From contig NC_057718.1 in NCBI RefSeq assembly GCF_004010195.1, positions 17,958,373 to 18,022,372 of the forward strand: 64,000 nucleotides of DNA. The letters are read 5' to 3'. Positions 37,839-49,257 of the stretch are shown here, one piece after another. Source of the stretch: Chiloscyllium plagiosum (taxonomy: Eukaryota). The position numbers and the translations under genes were made by a program. The notes beneath the pieces were generated by a model. It searched no databases. It saw nothing but the letters and a program-made list of their open reading frames with translations, and had not been told where the DNA came from. Position 1 is the stretch's first letter. The number at the start of each line of letters is the position of its first letter.

Positions 37839-40800
37839 TTTTTAGATTTGACAGTGGTGGACCTCGAGGATGGAATGTTGATTTTCCCTGGGGGCTGGGG
37901 TAACATTATAACTTGGTCTGATGTTGTATCTATTCCACTGAGATGTTAGATATAAAACTATGTACTTTATAGTCCTCACACACACAGGCCTGCACTGCCA
38001 GTTTACACTTTTCTGTAGTGTTAAGGAAGGGTTGCATTGCCAGAGGTGCTACTTTTTGTATGACAGTTTAAATGGTAGTTTATATTTGTATATGATGGCA
38101 GAATGTCAATATTAAAAAGTTTTGGAGATTTGGTGACCTAATCAATATTTGTCTCTTAATCAATACCTGAAAGCTGTTGCTTTCTTTAGGAATATTGACA
38201 GTATTAATATTTTTTTCACAACTATGAATGTTGCAGCAAACTTATTTATTTTCTCAATCATGCCTCAATTCCTATTTAATTTGGATATTTTCTATTCCCT
38301 AGAACATTTCCTGTAGCTATTAATTTTTGCTTGTTTTCCTAGATAATTCTAGGTCAGATCCTATCCAGGTGTAGATGACAACACCATACATTTATGTCAC
38401 ATGTTTAGCATAACACAGTATTCTAGTGCCATTCACAAAAGCATCATTAATCAAAAATGTGATGCTATACTACACAAGGCGATATAGAGGAGGAATCCCT
38501 AAAAGTTTTTGTAAAAGTGGGAGGCTTTACGGATCATCTTAAAGGAGGACAGACGGGTAGAATGGTTTTGAGGAAATCCTAGCGGTTAGGGATTAAGCAG
38601 CCGAAGGCATTACTGGTGGAACATGATTTGGGGATGCTGGTGTTGCAAGAAGCTAGACTGGAGTGTAGAGATGTTCACAGTTTGTAATTCCTTGCATTAG
38701 CATTGCATAACATGTACAAATCAGATTTTTGGTCCAAGATGGCCTGACGTTGAAACTGAAGGTTGATGCTGAAGCTATGTCATCAACAAATCTGATTTTC
38801 CTATGTAATGTTACTTGTTCACCAACGTTCTATCTGGTAGGCATGAGATATATTGGAATGTAAACACAAACTCTTTTCCAGTCAAGTCTGTTATATAACA
38901 GTGTTCACTAGAAGTCTGTTGGCATGGAGTAAATTTATCTTGGTGCAATGAATGTTAAGGAAAGGCAAGCTTGCGGATGCTTAAAACTGAGACGCACAAA
39001 GTTACACTTTGATTTGGCACAGGCAGAGAATAAAGTAAGAAAAAGTTGAGGTTTCACAGGGACCATGACCAATAAAATGCTCTGTCTACTTCTTCTGAGA
39101 TGGAAGGTCAAATGTGTGCTGTGGTGCAGATGGTTACAGGCCCCTTATGAGCTCAAAAAAAGGAATGTATCTGTAAATCTAATAATTATATTACAGGAAT
39201 GGGTTCAATGGCTAAACTAGTCCATGTGCTGTGCAATAAAATTGATGTAGCATTACCAAGAATTCTTGGCTAGTAAAATCTAAAATATTGCATTGTATAA
39301 TGAAGCAATTAATCCGCCTTCATGTTGCAAATACCTAAATCTTCATGTAGGGACTTAATGAGCTAAAAATTCTTGACAATAATTCAACCTTCCTTTAGAG
39401 AAAATTAACAGCCTCCCCTTTATTATCCATTAGAAGCAATTACTTTCTAGTAGTTTACAATGGGATCAGCAGGATATATGTTTAAAGTTGTTCCAAAATA
39501 TTTGATTCTTTGGCTTTAAAAATGTTGGTATAGTAGAAGCTCTCGCTCATTGTGTCCCGTCATTCACATCAATGGATCTTGTTCTAATCAGTAGTAATTT
39601 TTATTACCTGATTTCTAGTTCATTAAAAGCGTGACATTGGGTGACTATTAAATAGCCCTCTTGTTGCCAGGGTTGGTATACACACGTTAGATCTTGAGTG
39701 AATTCACTTGTCTTCACTCAGGTGAGACACTAATTATAAACCCACTTTAATTTATGCCAAAAATGAGAATATACAATATGATTTTCACCACAATGTTCAG
39801 TTTTTCTATTGCTCTTTATACTATAGAGTAACAAAATAGACAACGCTTGGCGCAGTTGCATGCTAAACTCACTACCTGCCCTTCAGTTACTCAGCAGCTT
39901 TGTTAAGAAAAATAGTCATACCGACTACCAGTTATCTGGTGTATTTATTTGTCTCTGGCATATTCTGATCATGTGTTTATTGCGGAGTGTCCTTGGATAT
40001 TAATTCTACTTGCTGAGTCTTGGTGTGCTGAACTGCTGAGTAAAATTGTTAGGAATGAAAAGCTACTCTTTCATGTGGAACTAATCGGATAGATTTAACG
40101 ATTGGGTGGAGTATGCCAGTGATTACCCAGTAGTGTCAGCTGGAGGTCTAGTCCATTTTGAGGGCGCATTGCACTTAGTAAATTGGCACTCACTCCTGTT
40201 CCCCATGGTCCCTGTAATTTTAGAACTAATTTTATGAATACGACCTTGCAACTAAAGAAGTTTAACTGAGGTAGATAGTTGGAGTACGAGGGACTTCTTT
40301 GCACCTTGACTTGCTGAGATTGACGCAACTGCCACTAGATTCAGAAGGTTATTCAGTGGAAGGTACTGAGGGAAAAATGGCAGGGGAGTTAGTGACGTGG
40401 TAAATCTAGCACCTCCATTTTAATTTTGTTACACCTGAGCAGGTGGAGCTAAAATCTCATCCAGCATGTCTCTTAATTAAAGTGTCCTGCTGGCCTTAAG
40501 AAATGAAAACTGCAGCATAATAAAGACAGGTGATATGATAAGCTCTTAATCTTCTCCTGATGTAACCTGTAGAAGCAAACAATAGATGTCTGTGGTGGAT
40601 GCCTTGTCTCATATCCCATCCCAGAATTCTCCTGAGGAACAATCCAAATGGCTTGTTTGTCCCTCAGAACTAACTCTTTGAATCTGACAATATATCAAAG
40701 ACATAGCTAAAAATTAATCTAGTTCCTTGTGTTAAAATTTGTGAAATATTAGGTAGTTTTGACACTTTGTCAAAAGGTCAGAAGTTCATACATTCAACAG

Positions 40801-41310
40801 CTAGTCTGAGACTTTAGCAAATGATCAATTTTTGATAATTCAGTGTTATACTGAGAGAATGCTACACTGTTGGAAGTGCACCTTTTCAAATTAAATATTA
40901 AACTGAGAGTTTTTCTTTCCTTGTGTAAAAGATTCTCTGACACTAATCAAAGAAATGGGGGAGTTCCTGAAGTTCCATTTTGATACTTACCCCGTAATTA
41001 ATATTACTAAAATGGTTGAAAATCACGCAGGTTTGTACACCCCAGTACAACACTGGTACTTCCAAATCATTACTAAAACGGGTCACATTTCAAAAGGGAT
41101 TGTGTAAAATACTTTGAAATCTCCTGAAGTCAAAAAAGACACTTTGTGGGTACTGTCTTAATTTATAAAAATATATCTTTTTTTTGTTTTTTCTATATGG
41201 TCCATTACAACTCCCACTCATACTCACCTGAATGGATCTATATGAAATTATTTGTCTTCTCAAATTAGGAAAAGAAAATTGATCATGCGTTTCAAATATT
41301 AATCTTCCAG

Positions 41311-41394
41311 GTGCGGTAATGAACAGTCTTTCTGGATTCACTGGAACTGTGCTTCAGTCTGTGGCATCTAGTATCGTAGAACGAAATGAACAAG
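41311..41394 (+). CDS. 84-nt coding exon of the SLC46-family transporter (equivalent of SLC46A1 exon 3)
   Basis: Acceptor aatcttccAG, donor CAAG|GTCAAT at 41395; phase 1 to 1. Encodes (S)AVMNSLSGFTGTVLQSVASSIVERNEQ(G), containing the SLC46 SxxVxxxEQG motif. Confidence 0.9.
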
Positions 41395-42739
41395 GTCAAT
41401 GTTGCAGGTTTGCTTGTGAAATTAAATTTAATGATTTTGTGATAATTCAGTTTGACTTGCATTCATTATAAATGGGTTAGAATGTGATCTTAATCTCACT
41501 TTAATATTAAAGCACTCAAGCTTTCATGGTTAGTCAATACTTCCTTATAACGCTTTTATAAACTAACTCTGGCAGAGACAAAGGTAATTCCTTCCTGTTG
41601 TGATATAGAGAAGTGGCAATGTAGCCATATCTACATTTCTACAAATATGACACAAAGAAGATCAAGAACTTTTTGAGAGGAGGGCCTTTTACATTGATCT
41701 CTCCATTAGAAAACTAATGCCCATTTACAAACACAGGCCCTACAATTCTGGTTTCACTATTTAAATAAAGTTGGCCGACTTCTTTCATCAAACTAGGGAT
41801 AAACTTCCAATTCAACTGGAATTGGCATGTTACATCATCTATTTACATGGCTTTTTTCCCTCCCATGTTGTTTTGTACTTTGCCTCATTCTTGTTCTAGT
41901 ATTTTATCTTTGATGTCATGGACTGCGATGGTCTTGGTCAACGCGTCATTTAAAACACTAATTCCCATTCAACTGTATAGCCATTTGCTTTGCCACTTTA
42001 AAATAAAAATGGTTCATAGGATGTGGGCATGACAGGCTGAGTTAGCATTTATTGCTGATCCCCAATAGTCCTGGAGAAAATGTTGGTGAGCTATCTTTTT
42101 TGATCTGCAGTCCTTTGGAGGTCAATCATTGTGCTATTGGGAAGAGAATTTCACTATTTTGACCCAACAAGGTTAAGGGAATGGTGATCTTAGTTGCAAA
42201 TTGTAACTTGGGGAGGAACATGTATTTGATGGTGATCCCATGTATCTGTTACTGTCGTCCTTTTGGATATTAGAGGTTGCAAGTTTTGAAGATTTGTAAG
42301 GGTGGAGTTGTATTCTGGTGATGCCACTTAATTAGCAATCCAGAGGATCAAACTAATGCTCTCTGAGCATGGGTTCAAATCCCATTATGGGATCTGGTAA
42401 AATCTGAATTCCATGAATAACTCTGGAAAATAAAGCTGTGGCTGAAGCTTTTTATTTTAAGTCCAAATTACATTGAGTTTTTGCTGGGACTCCTATTGCA
42501 AGGCTTATGAGTTTTCGCACTATACCTTACCAAACTCTCTCCTTCAAGTCACTATGGTATTTTTCAAGGGGATACCAGCCCCACATTGTTCTTAGGACAA
42601 CTCATCACTCAGCAGATATCCTGGAATTCACCAGCATCCCTTGTACATGCCATCTTTAAAACCCATTGTGCACCCAGATATGCACTGTTAACAAAGAGCT
42701 TTCCTCTTTTGGTTCTTGATATTTGTCCCAGGCATAGTA

Positions 42740-42930
42740 GAAAGGGTAAATTGTCAACTCCCTTTCCATGGAGGAACAGGGACGTCCTGCTGGACAGAGT
42801 GATCTCTCTCAGGACCAACAGTAGAAGTCATAGCATGAGACTATGCCAGCCCTGGTTTAAGATTGCTACCCATGTTAAAACAGTTTATCTGGAGAATGTA
42901 CAGCATTGAAGGAAAAAAGTCAATGACCAC
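42740..42930 (+). mobile_element. PIF/Harbinger-type Myb/SANT-like remnant (second copy)
   Basis: RDVLLDRV...QPWFKIATHV...CAGCATTGAAGGAAAAAAGTCAATGAC (QH*RKKVND); shares downstream ATTGCCTGCAACATCTTCCC with 26146. Confidence 0.5.
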
Positions 42931-43222
42931 TTCTACTCTACCAACGTACGTGTCACTTTCTTTCCATACCCCTCACTCCCTATCTCTGCTACTGTATACA
43001 CCTCCCACCAAGTGTCTCCACCCTAACACGTTCACTATTGCCTGCAACATCTTCCCTCACTCACTCTCTCATCCACTGAAATCCATTTTGCCACTAAGCC
43101 TGAATGTCCTCTGCCCAATCACTTTCTTGGGGATAGCTTCCCACCTGCTTCAAAAGTAAGAACTGTGCCACCTACTTTCATCTTCTTCTGATTTCCCTCC
43201 CATTCTCACTACTCCAGGAAAT

Positions 43223-43426
43223 TAATGAAAATGTGTGGTGCTGGAAAGAGACAGCCAGTCAGGCAGCATCTGAGGAGCAGGAGAGTCGATGTTGAGCATG
43301 AGCTCTTCAGGAATGATGAATCACACATTGATTCTTCTGTTCCTTGGATGCTGCCTGACCGGCTGTGTTTTTTCCAGCACCACATGTTTTGACTCTGATC
43401 TCCAGCATCTGCAGTCCTCATTTACA
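43223..43426. mobile_element. Older palindromic Penelope-derived mini-element
   Basis: 9-bp TSD CCAGGAAAT (43214-43222, 43427-43435); inverted arms GTGGTGCTGGAAA...CAGGCAGCATC and GATGCTGCCTGAC...TTCCAGCACCAC. Confidence 0.8.
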
Positions 43427-45171
43427 CCAGGAAATCAGCCTACAAAAGGGGCAGAAAAAGTCTACATGGGTGATGGGCTGCCTGATTTTGGATCTTCTGT
43501 GGATCATCCAACTCTATCTCATTCCTGCTTTCTCACCATGCCCTTTAGCCCTATAAGAACTATATCTAACTCCTTGAAAACATTCACTATCTTGGCCTGA
43601 ATCATTTTAATGTAATAGAGAATTCCACAGGTTCACCACTTCTCTGGGTGAAGATGTTGCTTCTCATTGGTACTAAATGGCTTACCCCTTATCCTTTAGA
43701 CTACGACCCCTGGTTCTGGTAAGATAAGAAGTTGCATGTTAATGAGTAAATTGGGCTGTTAACAAGGCCTTTAACAAAATGTAATCCTCAATTGGTAATT
43801 TTCCGCTACCTTGTGTGAAATTTGCTATGATACGTATTGAAAGCTTTTGACAATTGCATGGCCACAAGGGATGCTGTTCTTGGTCTATGTCTGGTGAGTG
43901 GTAAGTTTTTCTGGGAATGGTACATGGTAAGATAGGATGGATGTATGACATGATACTCTAGGTTGGCAATGGCAATTAAAGCGACGAGTTTGGTAAGGTA
44001 TGGTGAGAAAACTTGTCTGGCCTTTTGGCAGTTTCACTCCTTTATACCTGACATGACTCTCACTTTTAGGCAAAAAAAGGTAAGACTCCACTACATGGAG
44101 AGTATTCTTAATGTGAAGATGAGTTTGTCTCGAATCATCCCGTGCCATTTGGGCTGACCATCCCTTGTCCTATTATAACACATAGACAGTAGATTTGTGA
44201 GAATGGGGTAGAATAAGTTTCCCTGTAGCATATGCTGAGGAAACCAACCAATCTAGAAGCTATTAACTGAGCTAGCTGATGAGTCCTAATGATGTGACCT
44301 GTGTGTTTGAGGAGACAGCAATAAATGTTAATCAACAGGAAATTTGTTTGTCCTGATGCCTTATGAATTTGAGGTCCAAATTTAATATTGAGAGCTCTCA
44401 GCTCAACTCCTTCCTCACTGTATGTTACCCCATACCATGTCCAGTGTTGGAGATTGTGGTATGTGGGACTGGGTAAGGCATGATTGCATGAGTGACTAGG
44501 TCAGGCTTGACTAGTCTGAAGAATTGCTATCTGAATTTTGGTTCAAAATCCCCAAATGTTTGTCAGGAGGACTTTGTGTACCTGCAATGTATGTTCGTCA
44601 TTGTCATCTCTGATGTCTAGATCATTGCCTATGGTACCGCCTTTCTCATTCCCTTGTTTTAGAATTTGATGTGGTATGATACATGTCACGTATATGTCAG
44701 ACCAGATAAAGGGAGCTAGATGGCTTTGCACAACAATTGTAGGGGCCGTCATTCAGCGTGATTTTTTTTTTTTGAATTCCAGATTTTGTTTGAATTCAGA
44801 CTCCGCCATGTGCCACCTATGGCACATGAGTCTTGGGTTCCATATTACTAGCCCTATGACATTACCACCACCATTGCCACTACCTCTTTCAGAAATAAAA
44901 AGCTACTTTATTGTATGGAACTGATGGACTTTTGATACTTGTGCATCAATGATGAACCAGTTTCTGGAATTTTGCCAAAATTTTATTATTCAATCTTTGT
45001 TGCAGAATGTTGTGTTCTGTTGTTATGAATTTTAATTTTAATTGCTCACTATCCCCACAGAGTCTAAAAGATGGTGCTTTTTCAGCTGCTTTATTTATTT
45101 GTTACTGAATACCAGTTCTGTGACCAAAGCTTTAATATTTCATATGGTTGTGTTTTTTTAATTATTAATAG

Positions 45172-45328
45172 GTGCAATGTTTTCTTGCATGGCTTCTATC
45201 GAAACAATCTGTGTTATAATTGGGACAACTGTATTTGATGCACTCTATCCCCAAACACTCACATCATTTCCTGGATTTAGCTTCATTGTGATGGCTGGCT
45301 TCCAAGTGATTCTATTGATTCTTGTACA
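45172..45328 (+). CDS. 157-nt coding exon of the SLC46-family transporter (last two TM helices; equivalent of SLC46A1 exon 4)
   Basis: Acceptor ttttttaattattaatAG, donor GTAAGT at 45329; phase 1 to 2. Encodes (G)AMFSCMASIETICVIIGTTVFDALYPQTLTSFPGFSFIVMAGFQVILLILV, matching SLC46A1 GALFSAVACV...IFNSLYPATLNFMKGFPF and SLC46A3 GTLFACIAFLET...YPGFTF. Confidence 0.92.
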
Positions 45329-45810
45329 GTAAGTAGCCAGTTGTTTTCATGAGTTTCCTCTGTGTGCATCTGTGTATCTAAATTGTGAATAACTCTTCCT
45401 GATGAAATAAGAAAAACAAAGTTGAAAGAAACAGTAAAATTAAAAAAAATATATAGAGTAGGTGCTGGAGATCTAAAATAAAACAGAAGTGCTGGTTAGG
45501 TATCCACCTGTGCTATGTGTTTTACAAGTCTATGCTGGGATGTCCTTAACAACATTTAAGATTTCTATTCCAGTAACTTTATTCCCATTAATAGCTTGTA
45601 GATGCTTACCCTACCTGATGTTAGATTGTAATTCTGAAGACCTGAAAACTGCATCTAGCTATCTTGTTGAGTTAGCTGTTCCTGTTCAGGCTTACCTCAT
45701 CTTCTATCCATATATTTTCCCAATCTTCAGTAAAAACAAAAGCAACAAACCAGTTATTTAATTTTTCATCCTCCTTTGAAAAATGTCCTGTTTTTCTCTC
45801 TGACATAAAA

Positions 45811-46018
45811 CAAAGAACTGCAGATACAGAAATCTGAAACAAACACATTTTTGGAGAAACTCAGCAAGTCTAGTATCATTTGTTGAGAGAAAGCAGAGTT
45901 CAATGTTTCAAATAATCCTCTATCTGAAGCAACGGCACTTGAAATGTTAACTCTATTTTCTCTCCCCACACGCTGCCAGACCTGCTGAGTTTCTTCAACA
46001 ATTTCTGCTTTTGTTTCT
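45811..46018. mobile_element. Decayed palindromic Penelope-derived element (related family)
   Basis: GAGAAACTCAGCAAGTCTAG...GAGAGAAAGCAGAGTTCAATGTTTCA inverted against TGAAATGTTAACTCTATTTTCTCTC...CCAGACCTGCTGAGTTTCTTC; similar relics at about 15200-15275, 48320-48450 and 48615-48800. Confidence 0.6.
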
Positions 46019-47354
46019 CTCCCCTCAGCTTAATTTTTAACTTTTTTTTGTTATCACTATTTTTGTTACATTGCATGTGACTTGTTTTTATTGTTGTGTT
46101 GGCATTTTAAATCTCTTTATTGTCTCTTCATAGACAGGGAAAAAAAAGCCAGAGTACAGAAAATACAATGAATTTCAAATTTGTCATCTGCTTTAATATT
46201 TTTGTGTTGAAGTGCCTCTTTCCTGCCTGTGGGAATGGGCCTATTATGTTCCTTAATCATCTCCAGTTTTGAACGTTTTCTATTGTTTGACAATTGTCTG
46301 ATTGTTCATGTCGTTGTTTCTGATTTAACTAGGGCTAGTTCCCTTTTCATCTGACTGAAGATATACTGTCAAGTATGTTCTCTCTCACTTTTTCAATTTT
46401 TTTCTTGCATCGAATAACGTTATTGTCATTTCTTTTTGGATATTCTTTTATTCTTGCATTTTCTAATTCCTCTTTTTGTTTTACTCTTGAACATTGCTTG
46501 CTTGCTTGTTTAGGTGTAAACATACAGTTCCAGAATTTGGACTTGAACCCCTGGTAGAAACAGTCAATTCCATTTGCATAGGTTAGGATTTTGTGCAGAA
46601 ACCTCACTGTCCAGCTTAAAAGTTGGAGTGAAGCCTATCTCCACTTGGCTGGGTAGACCTGAGGCAATTTCACAGGTGTCAGACTGTTGATTAGTCCAGA
46701 CTTTGAGATTTCCAACTCTGTGTCTGAGTAGATGTTCAGTTCTGGTCTTGCTACTACATCCAGTTCCCAATGGTGTTCAGTTGTGGAATTGACACCCAGG
46801 GAAGCAGGGAACTTTTGCTGGGGTCAGTTAAGGAACAGGTGAAGGGAAGTGGGAATTGACCCTGGGTTTGGGAAGTCAGGGAGCATGCCCTGTGATAGGC
46901 CAAACACTGGTGATGGGAAAAGACTCTGAAATCCTCATTATCGGGCACTTGACCAAAAGCATGTCGGTTGTGTGAAATCTTCTCTGCTGGCAAAGTACCA
47001 AGGAGGCAGAAAGGTGACTGGAACAGTGCGCCATCATATCACCCAATTTAACACCCCTAAACATCCCATCACTTCCCCTCTCAAGCCCACTCCTAATATG
47101 CTACGTATTTTTATTTCCCTTGAGCCTTGCTTTCAGATAATTAGACACTCATTATAGTAACCCTTGTTAACTTTGATTAATATTGTCATCACTGCCTTCG
47201 TTGTCGAATTCCCACCTCCCTCTGATTACCCTTCCTACTGTCACGTGTTTGCACCTGGGTTGGTCCTCTGAATTCTCAGTGCATGACACTGCACGACACA
47301 GCCTCTTGCTGGTGAGGCTGTTGGTTAGAGAAGAACTGTTGGCCTCTGACGGGC

Positions 47355-47636
47355 CATTGCAGAAGGCAATTAAGAGTCAACTGCACTGTGGGTGTGGATT
47401 CACATGTAGTGTGGGTGTGCAGATTTCCCTCCCTGACGGTGATTTGTGAACTAGATGGGTTTTTCGTGACATTTGATAATGGATTTGTTGTCATAATTAG
47501 TCTCTTAATTCCAGATTTTTATTTAATTCAAATTCCACCATGACCCATGGTGGGATTCGAACCCAGGGCCCCAGAACATTGCCTGGGCCTCTGGATTAAC
47601 AGTCCAGCAATAATATCACTAGGCTGTCGCCTCCCC
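47355..47636 (-). mobile_element. tRNA-derived SINE, second family
   Basis: GGGATTCGAACCC (B box on the - strand) and AATTCCAGATTTTTATTTAATTCAAATTCCACCA; related pieces at about 4455-4710, 42320-42440 and 44750-44880. Confidence 0.65.
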
Positions 47637-49257
47637 ATGTAATACCTAGTGAAGAATCAGATTAAAAGATCCTAGTATAAAAATAGAAGTTGATGATCAA
47701 ATGCTTTAAAAATCTGATGTCTGTGCTATTAGGACCATTGGCTTGTCATCTGTGTAATACAACAGGTTAAATAATTCAGGTTATAATGTTACTTTGATAT
47801 CCTAGGATTTTTCATTAGATTACTGGGGAGCCACTGGTTTATCCTTTTTGTCTTCTGTTCTCTTGAGATTAATTAAGACTGAAATAGTTGATTTCTCAAA
47901 TTTAGTTGTATATTGAAAATAATGGGGTCAATGGCTCAAATAGATTTCTCATTCAATATTATCTTATGGATAGCTAAATAATGGGATATATAGCTAATTT
48001 AGTTCAAATTTACAATGTCCAAAAACATTGGTAATCTTTAAAGGAGTCGCTCAGAATTCTGCTTGTCCTGTAAAGCACCCTGGCCCCCAGCCTAACCCAA
48101 GGCAACCTCTGTCCTCATTGTTTTGACACTTTGCAAGTCCTTTAGGAGTCCTTTTTTTTTTTGGCAACCTCATTCATTGCTCCAGCTCATGGCTTACAAG
48201 GTGTCATAACATTTAGCCAGCTGTTAGGAATGGGTAAAATTGTAATACAGTATTTACGATGTGGTGGAGATTTTTAAGGAAAACTGCATAGTCCCCATTT
48301 GCAATCGAGAATGCAAAAGCAAAGTCCTGGAGATGGTGGAAACCTGAAATAATTTCACTTGGTTCTAATGAAAGGTTACCCAGCCAAAACATTTACACTC
48401 TTTCTTTCTCTCTGCGCAGATGCTGCCTGACCTGCTGAGTGTTTTCCAGCTTTCTCTTGCTCTTATTATAACTGAGAATGACTAATTTGTCTGGAATGTG
48501 TAGTTGAAATTTAATCAAAGTTGGGGGACTGACTGATCCTACTTGTCCACTGTGCTCAATGTTACATTTTATTCAACACAAAAACAAAATAGACAGTGCC
48601 ATTTATGACGTGTGAAATAAAAGCCAGAAAATGGTAGAAATGCTCAACAGATTTGGCACCGTGCCTGGAGAGAGAGTCTGAGTTGATGCTGCAATCTAAT
48701 GACTTGTTATCTGGAGAGAATGGAAGGTCTTTGATTTGATACGTGGACTCTATATTTCTCTCCAAAGACGCTGTCAGACCTGCTGATTCTCCCAGCACTC
48801 TTTTTTTTTTAAACTTTCTTTCCAAACTCCTTATAAACAGAACTATGTTAGGTTACAGCTCGTGCGTGTGTGTGTGTGTCATCTCAGGAGTATCCTGACT
48901 CGAGATTGTGATAGCTTTATCTAATTCTCAAGAAATGTTTGGAATCTGCCTTTTTGGTGTTACACTTCTTTTCTAACATTTAGCCAGCTTGCTAGAAACA
49001 ATTTATTACCTTATTTTGAAATTCGGGATGATTTTGGTCCTCTGGCTTGCGAGGGAGAAGAAAACCCCACACTTTGAGTATACAAATTGTTACATTAAGC
49101 TGAGGTGGTGAAATGTTGAACATGTCTCCTGTCGTGTATGTTTCTGATCAAGTGTATGCTATGTGTTGTGACGAGACAGAACAAAGAATTTAAGCCATTT
49201 CCCTTGTGTTTTTAGACAATGAATCTTCTATTAGAGCAGGTAAACCCTCAAGGTAGG

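Noticed and set aside
41395..41410. Alternative donor GCAG|GTTTGC at 41408
   Set aside because: It adds 13 nt, breaks the frame with the 45172 exon and disrupts the EQG|A junction.
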